From contig DIZY01000100.1 of NCBI GenBank assembly GCA_002428055.1, positions 1,163-39,458 on the forward strand: DNA of 38,296 nt. The letters run 5' to 3'. Made by a program: the position numbers and the translations under genes. This document shows, piece after piece, positions 16,211 to 24,658 of this stretch. The stretch is from Helicobacteraceae bacterium UBA6016 (GTDB lineage Bacteria; Campylobacterota; Campylobacteria; Campylobacterales; UBA6016). Under the pieces are notes generated by a model, which was given only the letters and a program-made list of their open reading frames with translations, was not told the origin of the DNA and did no database searches. Positions within the stretch are counted from its first letter, which is position 1. The number at the start of each line of letters is the position of its first letter.

Positions 16211-17272
16211 TTATCCTCTTTGTATCCCATAAAATTCTTTATACCACTCTACAAAGTTTTTGATTCCCTCTTTTACGCCTGTTTTTGGCGTGTATCCGGT
16301 ATCTTTTGTGAGGTCTGATATGTCGGCGTATGTTGCAGGGACATCCCCGGGCTGTAACGGCAAGAAGTTTTTTTCGGCTTTTTGTCCTAGATTTTCTTCT
16401 ATCGCTTCGATAAATTCCATTAGGTTTACGGGTGAATTATTGCCGATATTGTAGACCCTGTATGGCGCTCTTGAGCTTGACGGGTCAGGGGTTTTGCCGC
16501 TCCACTGCTCGTTTGGCTTGGCGGGGTTGTCAATAACCCCCATGACTCCGCTTATGATGTCATCAATATATGTAAAGTCGCGTCTCATATCTCCGTGGTT
16601 GAAAACATCAATAGGTTTACCCTCCAAAATCGCCTTTGTAAATAAAAACAGCGCCATATCCGGTCTGCCCCACGGCCCGTAAACGGTGAAAAACCGAAGT
16701 CCCGTCGTGCGGATGCCAAAAAGATGGCTGTATGTGTGGGCCATTAGTTCGTTTGATTTTTTGCTTGCTGCATAGAGGCTTATTGGATGGTCTACATTGT
16801 CGTGTACAGAGAACGGCATCTCTTCGTTTAGTCCGTATACGGAGGAGCTGGAGGCGTATGAGAGGTTTTGTACTCCATGCTGTCTGCACGCCTCAAGAAT
16901 GTTAATAAAGCCCGTTATATTGCTGTCTATGTATGCAAAAGGGTTTGTGAGTGAGTATCGCACTCCAGCTTGCGCCGCAAGATTGCACACTGCATCCGGT
17001 TTTTCGGACTCAAACACGGCAAAAAGTGGGTCTTTGTCCTCCAGTTTTATCTGATAAAATGAGTGTTTGTTATTTGTGCGGCTAATGCTTTTTTTGCCCT
17101 GCTCTATACTCTCTTTTTCAATGCCGAGCTCTCTTAGTCTTGCGTATTTGAGATTTATATCGTAGTAGTCGTTAATAGAGTCTATGCCGACTACCTCGTC
17201 GCCTCTAGCTAGCAGCGCTCTTGCCAAATTAAAGCCGATAAAACCGGCGGTTCCCGTGATTAAAACCTTCAA
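16211..17272 (-). CDS. NAD-dependent nucleotide-sugar epimerase (UDP-glucuronate 4-epimerase-like SDR)
   Basis: 353 aa with a TTG start preceded by AGAGG. It has the Rossmann motif [16 protein letters not shown] and the catalytic YAASKKSNE (YxxxK). It is collinear with the Cap1J/LpsL-type epimerases. Confidence 0.85.
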   Translation of the reverse strand: MKVLITGTAGFIGFNLARALLARGDEVVGIDSINDYYDINLKYARLRELGIEKESIEQGKKSISRTNNKHSFYQIKLEDKDPLFAVFESEKPDAVCNLAAQAGVRYSLTNPFAYIDSNITGFINILEACRQHGVQNLSYASSSSVYGLNEEMPFSVHDNVDHPISLYAASKKSNELMAHTYSHLFGIRTTGLRFFTVYGPWGRPDMALFLFTKAILEGKPIDVFNHGDMRRDFTYIDDIISGVMGVIDNPAKPNEQWSGKTPDPSSSRAPYRVYNIGNNSPVNLMEFIEAIEENLGQKAEKNFLPLQPGDVPATYADISDLTKDTGYTPKTGVKEGIKNFVEWYKEFYGIQRG

Positions 17273-17303
17273 AAAATACCTCTTCGTTACTGCTTTTAGG
17301 TCG

Positions 17304-17312
17304 ATTATAACA
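17304..17312 (-). promoter_or_regulatory. Putative extended -10 promoter element for the epimerase-to-gltX unit
   Basis: The minus strand reads TGTTATAAT, an exact TGnTATAAT, 31 nt upstream of the TTG start at 17272. Confidence 0.45.
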
Positions 17313-17394
17313 TCTGTTTTGATAAATATCCATTTGGATTTAAACCGTTTTGGGCTAAAATGAATCTAAAAGCAACCCAAAAAAGGAAACTCAC

Positions 17395-17781
17395 TTGGTT
17401 TTTGATGCAAAATATCCGATTTTAGGTTTTGAGAGTGTTCATTCTTATGATTTTCAAGTGGCTGATGAGAACTTTGCTACGATAAGAAATACCGAAGACG
17501 AAGCCCCTGCCTTTACCCTTATAAATCCTTTTGTGTTAAGAGATTATAAATTTGATATACCGCCATCCGTAAAGGCGATGATGGAGCTAAAAGATAATAG
17601 TAATATATTGATTTATCTTATTTTAATAGTAAAAAATCCATTTAAAGAGTCTATGGGAAATTTTCTCGCACCGGTGCTCTTCAATGTCGACAACAAAACG
17701 ATGGCGCAAGTAGTGCTTGATGAAAATATATATACGGATTATCTAGCGGCGGAGCCGTTGTCAAAATTTATTACAGAATAA
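17395..17781 (+). CDS. fliW: Flagellar assembly factor FliW (flagellin-binding CsrA antagonist)
   Basis: 128 aa with a TTG start preceded by AAGGAAA. It is collinear with C. jejuni FliW as recalled. Matching stretches are KYPILGFE, FTLINPFVLRDYKFDIP and NFLAPVLFNVDNKTMAQVVLDE. Confidence 0.9.
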   Translation: MVFDAKYPILGFESVHSYDFQVADENFATIRNTEDEAPAFTLINPFVLRDYKFDIPPSVKAMMELKDNSNILIYLILIVKNPFKESMGNFLAPVLFNVDNKTMAQVVLDENIYTDYLAAEPLSKFITE

Positions 17782-17785
17782 AAAA

Positions 17786-20329
17786 TTGAGCGAACAAAGC
17801 CTTAGAGAGAGAATAGAGCAGCTAGTCGGTTCCGGGGCTAGCGACTTTGAAATCTCCAAAGAGTTTAAAAACTACATAAAGTCATATCTTGGCTCTTTAG
17901 ATGAGATATTTGAGGCGGATTTTGGGCGGGAGTTTTTGTACCGCCACACAAAAGAGCTTGACTCCATTCTCGTCGAAATGTTCCGCTATATTCTCAGAGA
18001 CAGCTTCGGCGACTACCAGCCCCTTATCAACTCCATTCCTGTTTCCATGATAGCGCTCGGTAGCTACGGCAGACAGCAACTCTCCGTTTATTCAGACATA
18101 GACATCATGCTTCTTTACAAAGAGATCAAAGGGTATCAGCTAAAACCTATTTTGGAGAGATTTCTCTATATGGCATGGGATGCCGGACTAAAAATCGGGC
18201 ATAGGGTGCATGAGGTCTCGGAGGTTAGTGAGGCCGTCAAAACTGACATTACCATTAAAACCGCTATTTTGGAATCTAGGTTTATTTGGGGTTCAAGGTT
18301 TTTGTGGGTGGAGTATCAAAATAAGCTCTCACAGATACGGCGCACGGAGCAAAAAGAGTTTGTGTTTGCAAAACTTGAAGAGATGGCAAAAAGGCACAAA
18401 AAATATAAACTCTCCATGGAGCCTAATATCAAAGAGGGTGTCGGTGGGCTTAGGGATTCAAATACGCTGTTTTGGCTTGCCACCTGTATATACGGCATCA
18501 ACTCAAATAAAGAGCTGACGGGCAAGCTCTTTAGCGAGGCCGAATACAAAGAGTATAGGATTGCGCTAGAGTTTTTATTTAAGCTTAGAAATGCGCTCCA
18601 TCTGCTCGCAGGCAAAAAGCAAGACGAGCTTTTAATGCAGACACAAAGAGAGGTTGCTCTTAAGCTTGGGTTTAAAGATATGAAGAGTCAAAAAGCGGAA
18701 AATGCGCTGATGTCAAAGACGCTTCGGTCTATGCAGGCAATCAACTTTTTCTCATCCGTCAACTGTTCCAAACTAACGAGAAAAATAACATACCAAAAAA
18801 ATAGCGTTGTAAAATTGCGCAAAGCGTATGCGAGGGATGGATTTTTTTGCATAGAGGGCAAGCTTTTTTGCAGTTTTTCAAAAAAAAGCAGTTCGCTGTA
18901 TGCGGCAATACGACTTTTGATAGATGTGCAAAAAGAGTGTAGCGGAAGTTTTGATTATAGTATTCACCAATTTATCAAAAATTCATCGGAAGAGAAAAAG
19001 CAGAAAAAGATTTCAAAAGAGCTACTAACATCTCTGCTTTCGGAAAATTCGTACAATATACTCTTTGCACTATATGAGACCGGTGTTATCGCAAAACTTT
19101 TTGCCCCGTTTGAAAAAATAATGTTTTTGGCGCAGTTTGACGGCTATCACGCTTTTCCGGTAGACATCCATACACTGGAGGCCGTGCGACATTTGGAAAA
19201 TATTAAGGACGGTTTTGTCAAATCGGTATTTGAGTCGTTCGATGCAGAAGATAAGGCGTATCTCAAATTGGCGCTTTTATTTCACGACATAGGTAAGGGC
19301 AGAGGCGGGAATCACTCGGCTGTAGGCGCTAGAATTTTTACTTCTTTTGCTAACAAGCTTGGGCTTGACGAGGCGAAAGCAGAGAGCGTGCGCCGTGTTA
19401 TTTTGTATCATACCCTTATGTCAAATACTGCCTTTAGAGAGGATCTAAATAGCGAAAAGACGATACTTTCATTTGCGGGAAGTCTCAAAAGCAAAAAAGC
19501 AATCGACTATCTTTTTGTTCTGACCTATGCCGATTTGCAGGCCGTAGGGCAAAACATCTATAGTTCTTTTAATGCCACGCTTCTACGAGAGTTGTACTAT
19601 AAGTCCACGGGCAAGCTATCCCGTTCCGAGCTTGTCAGTGAGGCGGCTACTAGGCTAACCAAGGAGGCCGCACTTCTTAAAAGCGAAGAGTTCAAGGCGC
19701 TGCCGCAGGTTTTGCAAAAAAATATCATATCCGTCGCCTCAAATCTCTTTTTTATCAAGTTCTCTAGCGCCAAGATAATCGATATATGCAAAAGAGCAAA
19801 AGAGTGCGAGGAGTTTGGTTTTGCGCTTAGTAATGAGCAGTATTTTAGCTTTGAGATAATCTCCAAAAAATGGATAAATTTCGGCAGGCTTCTCTCTCGT
19901 TTTGCTTTTTTGGACATCGTATCTATGGATATTTTCAAGCTTTTCGACAATGCAAAATATTTCAAGGTCTCGTTTTCGTCCACGGTGGATGAGTCTGAGC
20001 TAGTAGTCGTAGATGAGATAATCAGCAGTTTCGCTACAAGCGAAGAGAAAGCGACAAGCGCAAAAAAACCGATTATCAAAAAAACGGACATATCGTTTGA
20101 TTTTGAACACTCCGAGACCTACGCAAAAATGCTTTTAACTACAAAAAATCAACAAGGGCTTTTGGCTTTTATTATCGAGGTATTTGACGAGCTTGGCATA
20201 GATGTAGCGACCGCAAAAGTCGGAACCATCAAAAATGTAGCAAAAGATATGTTTCTTATAGAAAAATCAAGCGGTATTGAGAAAAAACAAAAAGAAGTAA
20301 TAAAAAGATTGGTTGGCGGCGCCAACTAA
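17786..20329 (+). CDS. glnD: Bifunctional [protein-PII] uridylyltransferase/uridylyl-removing enzyme
   Basis: 847 aa with a TTG start 4 nt after the fliW stop. The nucleotidyltransferase motif is GSYGRQQLSVYSDIDIMLLY and the HD domain shows LLFHDIGKG. Two C-terminal ACT-like repeats are present. N-terminal spacing matches E. coli GlnD. Confidence 0.9.
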   Translation: MSEQSLRERIEQLVGSGASDFEISKEFKNYIKSYLGSLDEIFEADFGREFLYRHTKELDSILVEMFRYILRDSFGDYQPLINSIPVSMIALGSYGRQQLSVYSDIDIMLLYKEIKGYQLKPILERFLYMAWDAGLKIGHRVHEVSEVSEAVKTDITIKTAILESRFIWGSRFLWVEYQNKLSQIRRTEQKEFVFAKLEEMAKRHKKYKLSMEPNIKEGVGGLRDSNTLFWLATCIYGINSNKELTGKLFSEAEYKEYRIALEFLFKLRNALHLLAGKKQDELLMQTQREVALKLGFKDMKSQKAENALMSKTLRSMQAINFFSSVNCSKLTRKITYQKNSVVKLRKAYARDGFFCIEGKLFCSFSKKSSSLYAAIRLLIDVQKECSGSFDYSIHQFIKNSSEEKKQKKISKELLTSLLSENSYNILFALYETGVIAKLFAPFEKIMFLAQFDGYHAFPVDIHTLEAVRHLENIKDGFVKSVFESFDAEDKAYLKLALLFHDIGKGRGGNHSAVGARIFTSFANKLGLDEAKAESVRRVILYHTLMSNTAFREDLNSEKTILSFAGSLKSKKAIDYLFVLTYADLQAVGQNIYSSFNATLLRELYYKSTGKLSRSELVSEAATRLTKEAALLKSEEFKALPQVLQKNIISVASNLFFIKFSSAKIIDICKRAKECEEFGFALSNEQYFSFEIISKKWINFGRLLSRFAFLDIVSMDIFKLFDNAKYFKVSFSSTVDESELVVVDEIISSFATSEEKATSAKKPIIKKTDISFDFEHSETYAKMLLTTKNQQGLLAFIIEVFDELGIDVATAKVGTIKNVAKDMFLIEKSSGIEKKQKEVIKRLVGGAN

Positions 20330-20355
20330 GGTAGTATTCTGCCGCTTTATGCGGC

Positions 20356-20419
20356 TAGCTTCAGTAGCATAGCGCTTAGCGTAGCCGAAGCGGGCTTCGC
20401 CCGTTTCGGCGTACTATTT
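20356..20419. repeat. Copy 1 of a 64-nt structured element, lying between the glnD stop and the glnK stop
   Basis: Sequence: tagcttcagtagcatagcgcttagcgtagccgaagcgggcttcgcccgtttcggcgtactattt. A 12-bp hairpin pairs 20384-20395 with 20399-20410. A separate small hairpin GCCGC-TTTAT-GCGGC lies just upstream at 20341-20355. By hand alignment 59 of 64 nt are identical to copy 2. Confidence 0.8.
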
Positions 20420-20421
20420 GG

Positions 20422-20787
<366 letters not shown>

Positions 20788-20852
20788 CTATTTTACTAAA
20801 ATATGTCTGACCCTAACTTCTATGTTACCAAAAATTATCTCGCCGCAAGGCG

Positions 20853-20916
20853 TAGCTTCAGTAGCATAGCGCTTAGCGTAGCCAAAAGGGGCTTCGCCCA
20901 TTTTGGCGTACTATTT
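20853..20916. repeat. Copy 2 of the 64-nt structured element, between the amtB stop and the glnK promoter region
   Basis: Sequence: tagcttcagtagcatagcgcttagcgtagccaaaaggggcttcgcccattttggcgtactattt. Its hairpin pairs 20881-20892 with 20896-20907. A small hairpin CGCC-GCAA-GGCG lies upstream at 20841-20852. The last two nucleotides overlap the amtB TAA stop. Confidence 0.8.
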
Positions 20917-22237
20917 ATATGTGAAAGCCTTTTTCTCCGTGAGTTGCTTCGTCAAGACCTATGCTCTCATCTTCGGCAGATACTCTACCGCCGCCCGTTA
21001 CAAGGGAAGAGATACCATATACTACCGCTGTTCCGATAGCTGTAAACACTATAGTCACAACAACCGCTTTTACTTGAATCAGTACTTGTCCAGGATTTCC
21101 GTACAAAAGACCTTTGCCAAGAGAGTTTACCGCAGGGTTTGCGAATATGCCCGTAGCTATAGCGCCCCAGATACCGGCAAGCGCATGGATACCGAACGCA
21201 TCAAGCGCATCGTCATATTTGAACGCTTTTTTGATGACATTTACGCCCACAAAACCGACTATACCTGCTACCGCACCTATGATAAGAGCCGCAGAGTTAT
21301 CTACAAAACCTGCCGCAGGAGTGATTGCCACTAGACCTGCAACTAGACCTGATGCAAGACCAAGAAGTGTGTATTTTTTATACACTACATACTCTACTAC
21401 CATCCATGATAGAGCCGCTATTGCCGCCGCCGTGTTTGTTACAAGGAATGCGTTTGCCGCAATACCGTCTGCCGCAAGTTCGCTTCCGGCGTTAAATCCG
21501 AACCATCCGAACCATAGCAAGATTGCGCCAAGCAGTGTTAGCGTAATAGACGATGGAAATATCGCCTTACCGTAATCTTTTCTTTTGCCAAGCATAAGAG
21601 CAAGAACTAGACCTGCAACACCGGCGTTGATATGAACAACAGTACCGCCTGCAAAGTCAAGTGCGCCGTCTTTTGCAAGTATACCGCCGCCCCATACCAT
21701 GTGTGCGATTGGCGAATAAACTACCGTTACCCAAAGAACAACAAAAATCATCCAGGTAGAAAGCTTAAGTCTTTCAATTGCTCCGCCGCTTGCAAGAGCT
21801 ACCGTAATGGCCGCAAATGTCATTTGGAATGCCACAAATAGTAGCGTAGGAATGTTTCCGGTTGCCCAAATGTCTGTTACTTTTATGTCGCTAAGAAATA
21901 GCGTAAGAGAACCTATTACCCCGCCTACATCCGTTCCGAATGCAAGGCTATAGCCCCAAAGCACCCACACTAAACTAGCAATTGCATAAGCCGTGAAGCT
22001 CATTGCTATTGTGTTTAGAAGGTTTTTTGCTCGTGTCATACCGCCGTAAAATAGCGCTAGTCCCGCCGGGGTCATTAACATAACGAGTGCGGTTGCCGTA
22101 AGTACCCATGCCGTATTTGCGCCGTCTAGCTTTGGTGCAGCGGCTACTGCAGCGGCTACTGGAGCCGTTGCGTTTTCGTCTGCCAAAAGTAGAGCCGGCG
22201 CAAAAAATAGTGGCGCTAACAAACTTAGCTTTTTCAT
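20915..22237 (-). CDS. amtB: Ammonium transporter (Amt family) with N-terminal signal peptide
   Basis: 440 aa. It has a signal-like N-terminus, about 11 TM helices and Amt signatures (AWVLTATALVMLMTPAGLALFYGG, DFAGGTVVHINAGVAGL, DDALDAFGIHALAGIWG). Confidence 0.95.
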   Translation of the reverse strand: MKKLSLLAPLFFAPALLLADENATAPVAAAVAAAPKLDGANTAWVLTATALVMLMTPAGLALFYGGMTRAKNLLNTIAMSFTAYAIASLVWVLWGYSLAFGTDVGGVIGSLTLFLSDIKVTDIWATGNIPTLLFVAFQMTFAAITVALASGGAIERLKLSTWMIFVVLWVTVVYSPIAHMVWGGGILAKDGALDFAGGTVVHINAGVAGLVLALMLGKRKDYGKAIFPSSITLTLLGAILLWFGWFGFNAGSELAADGIAANAFLVTNTAAAIAALSWMVVEYVVYKKYTLLGLASGLVAGLVAITPAAGFVDNSAALIIGAVAGIVGFVGVNVIKKAFKYDDALDAFGIHALAGIWGAIATGIFANPAVNSLGKGLLYGNPGQVLIQVKAVVVTIVFTAIGTAVVYGISSLVTGGGRVSAEDESIGLDEATHGEKGFHI

Positions 22238-22371
22238 CTCTTGCTCCTTAGTTTTGGTTAAAATGCAACAAAATTATATACAATAAAATAGTTTTTGCTA
22301 ATAATGCACTGCTTAATTTTTAATCAAATACTACATTTTTGTTTGTTTTTTTGTGGGAATAATTTGGGCAT

Positions 22372-22396
22372 AAAAAAAGCGGAGCCGAGGCCCAGC
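22372..22396 (-). terminator. Probable intrinsic terminator after the porin gene
   Basis: The minus strand reads GCTGGGCCTCGGCTCCGC, an imperfect GC-rich hairpin with one mismatch and one G-U pair. A T7 run follows immediately. It lies about 40 nt after the porin stop. Confidence 0.45.
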
Positions 22397-22436
22397 TTTT
22401 GGAGTGTGTTTGAAGCTTTGCGTGTACTAATCGAAA

Positions 22437-23744
22437 TTAGAAGTTGTAGTTAAATATAACTTTTGCAACTTTTTTGTCAAGTGCATTATTTTTGCTATCG
22501 ATTGATGAATATGCAATTTTTGCATCAAGGTTTTTAACAAGTGCGCCTGTGCATGTATATACAACATCAAATACGCCTGTATCTACATCTGTATTACCGT
22601 TGTATTGATTTTTTGCATCAAAGTTTGTATATGCAAGACCTATTGTTCTAGCGCCAAGACCAAGTTTTTCAAGGCTGTAGTCTGCGCCAAGTTTCCATAC
22701 ATTTCCACCGTTCATGCTTACGCCTGAGTTATACCAAAACTCTTCCGCAATTGCAAACTCTGGATAACCGCCCCATGCACCGAATACGAATGTGCCGCCG
22801 CCATTATTTTTTTGCTCTCCAACTTTGTTGTAAGCTATATACGGAGTAAGACCTACCGGCGTAGAAAGGCTAGCTTTTGCGCCATAAACAGAGTAGTCTA
22901 CTTTGCCAAGTCCAGCTTTGCTCAGCAACTCTTTTGTCTCACCAATGCCTTCGATATTATAAAATTGCCCAGCAAGTGCAAGATCCATATCTTTTGCTAA
23001 ACCAAGTTTGTAGTCAGCTTGTAGATATACTGCGTTCACTACATCTACCGCATAATACTCCCATGCTTGGAGCGTTAGGTTTTTAACGGAGCTGTTTACT
23101 ACAGCTGCTACATATACGCCGTTGTCGCCTACATGTGTTCCAGTTACGCTAAGGTCGACCGTACCACCAAGAGCAGCTCTCGACATAGAGTTGAATTGTG
23201 ATCTGCTTGATTTGTCAGACATTGAGTCCCAACCAGCCATTCTTGATACATAACCACCGATAAGTGTAGTATCGGGAACATCTGTATTGATAACAAGCGC
23301 CGCTTCAAATAGGTTTGGAACCATTCTGATGTCATCGCTTCCCGCAAGAGGAGTATCAAGTTGTTGTCTACCGATTTTTACCGTTGTTTTCGCAAATTGA
23401 CCTACAAGGTATGCCTGTCCTAAGATGCTGTAAGATTTTGCGCTTTCGTTATACAAAGATCCGTCAACTTTAGCAGCATTGCTATCTTTTGTGCCGAGGT
23501 CGTTTGTAGTATAAAACGCCGCTCCCGCAGATATGCCGTGTAGAGGTGCAGTCTCATAAGCTAGTTTGCCGCCAAGAGCAAAAGCCGATGTGTCTGTTCC
23601 CGGATCTTTAACATCAGTATTTATATACATAGCCCTAATTTGTCCAGATGCTTTACCTTCTTTAAATGCGCCGGCAAGGTCGCTGGCCGCAAAAGAAGTT
23701 GTTGCTAAAGCCGCTACCGCAGCAATGCTTAACATTTTTTTCAT
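22437..23744 (-). CDS. Outer-membrane porin (OprD-family-like beta-barrel)
   Basis: I take the ATG at 23744 (MKKMLSIAAVAALATTSFAASDLAGAFKEGKASGQIRAMY), which has AAGGAG upstream. The protein has a signal peptide, an alternating beta-strand pattern rich in Gly/Tyr/Asn, and a C-terminal ...NYNF aromatic terminus typical of OMPs. Confidence 0.75.
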   Translation of the reverse strand: MKKMLSIAAVAALATTSFAASDLAGAFKEGKASGQIRAMYINTDVKDPGTDTSAFALGGKLAYETAPLHGISAGAAFYTTNDLGTKDSNAAKVDGSLYNESAKSYSILGQAYLVGQFAKTTVKIGRQQLDTPLAGSDDIRMVPNLFEAALVINTDVPDTTLIGGYVSRMAGWDSMSDKSSRSQFNSMSRAALGGTVDLSVTGTHVGDNGVYVAAVVNSSVKNLTLQAWEYYAVDVVNAVYLQADYKLGLAKDMDLALAGQFYNIEGIGETKELLSKAGLGKVDYSVYGAKASLSTPVGLTPYIAYNKVGEQKNNGGGTFVFGAWGGYPEFAIAEEFWYNSGVSMNGGNVWKLGADYSLEKLGLGARTIGLAYTNFDAKNQYNGNTDVDTGVFDVVYTCTGALVKNLDAKIAYSSIDSKNNALDKKVAKVIFNYNF

Positions 23745-23864
23745 TGTATCTCCTTGTTTTAAGTACCTCCAATTATACAACATCATTTTTGTTATTGGGT
23801 ACAATTTTGATGTCTAAAAAATAGGCAATCTCAGTTTTGCCATGTATTTTTAGTACTCATCCTA

Positions 23865-23870
23865 TATAAT
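23865..23870 (+). promoter_or_regulatory. Candidate -10 hexamer for the EBP-like/PAS-GHKL/glmS unit
   Basis: TATAAT lies 38 nt upstream of the TTG start at 23909 in an AT-rich divergent intergenic region. No well-spaced -35 is present; TTGCCA is 22 nt away. Confidence 0.35.
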
Positions 23871-23908
23871 GGCTATTACTTAAAAAATATTATTTCGGAA
23901 AGCTAGAG

Positions 23909-24658
23909 TTGGATAATGAATTTGTAGCCTATTCGCCTGAGATGCAAGAGGTAAAAAAATTAATCTCGCTTGTTAAAGGGATTAATGTAAATACCATTAT
24001 TATGGGCGATATCGGCGTCGGCAAAAGCCTTGTAGCCAAAATAATAATTCCGAATGCTATAGTTGTATACGGCGACAAGCCGGAAGATGTGTTAAAAGCG
24101 CTAAAAAACTTTGACGAAATAATTATTGAAGACTTTGAAAAACTTCCAAGCTCTGATTTGCCGCTCACGGAAGGCAAAAAAATAGTAGCCACCGCAAAAA
24201 AAAGAATAAAAGATTCGACTCTTGATAGGCTGTTTGGTATTAAAATAGATATTCCGCCTCTTTCGCAAAGAGGCGGCGATATAGCGGGGCTTACAAAGCA
24301 TTTTTTGTCTAAAGCCAAAAAAGAGCTCGGTATAGAGTCGGATACCGATGTATACTCAGTTACGCCAGATATATCCCAAAATTGCCATAGTCTGAAGCGA
24401 TGCGTATATCAGGCGCTTTTGTGCGGTAGCATATCAAAAGAGCAGCTCGGCTCCATAATGGAAGAGTATTTTTATGCGCACATAGACGATGATGACGAAA
24501 ATTACAAACCGTTTTTGGATATTTTTGATTCCGCCGTTATTAATGCCAATTATAGAAAATTTAAAAGCCAGCTGATGATGTCCTATAAAATGGGAATTAA
24601 TCGAAATACGCTGCGAAAAAAGATATTACAACTAGGCAAGAAGCTCGGCGATGAATAA
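23909..24658 (+). CDS. Degenerate sigma54-activator-like AAA+ protein with Fis-type HTH; it has no N-terminal regulatory domain and no GAFTGA region
   Basis: 249 aa with a TTG start. FVAYSPEMQEV...IIMGDIGVGKSLVAK provides Walker A (GxxGxGKS). IIIEDF sits at the Walker B position and KIVATA at the RIIAAT position. DIPPLSQRGGDIAGLTKHFL sits at the LPPLReRxeDI..L..hFL position. The C-terminal MGINRNTLRKKILQLG is an HTH_8-like motif. Confidence 0.7.
   Translation: MDNEFVAYSPEMQEVKKLISLVKGINVNTIIMGDIGVGKSLVAKIIIPNAIVVYGDKPEDVLKALKNFDEIIIEDFEKLPSSDLPLTEGKKIVATAKKRIKDSTLDRLFGIKIDIPPLSQRGGDIAGLTKHFLSKAKKELGIESDTDVYSVTPDISQNCHSLKRCVYQALLCGSISKEQLGSIMEEYFYAHIDDDDENYKPFLDIFDSAVINANYRKFKSQLMMSYKMGINRNTLRKKILQLGKKLGDE

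Noticed and set aside
17231-17241. A perfect GCCGATAA (sigma28 -10 consensus) on the plus strand
   Set aside because: It lies inside the epimerase coding region. No TAAA occurs 15 nt upstream; that position reads GCGC.
19597-20091. A 164-aa minus-strand ORF inside glnD. Similar antisense ORFs occur at 21114-21575 (inside amtB), 34414-34722 (inside cmoA) and 29358-30362 (inside apbC).
   Set aside because: All lie antisense to well-supported genes, have biased low-complexity sequences and lack start-site signals.
20351-20419. tRNA-like appearance of the repeated element (TAGCTTCAGT...AGC resembles a D-arm)
   Set aside because: No cloverleaf can be drawn. The terminal hairpin has a 3-nt loop rather than a 7-nt T-loop with TTCGA. 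There is no acceptor stem or anticodon arm of correct length. It is therefore treated as a structured repeat rather than a tRNA or tRNA pseudogene.
22255-22267. TGG-N6-TGCA near the amtB start, which resembles a sigma54 -24/-12 pair
   Set aside because: The spacing is wrong (9 nt instead of 12 between GG and GC). It is also on the plus strand, pointing away from amtB. I found no convincing sigma54 promoter upstream of amtB on the minus strand.
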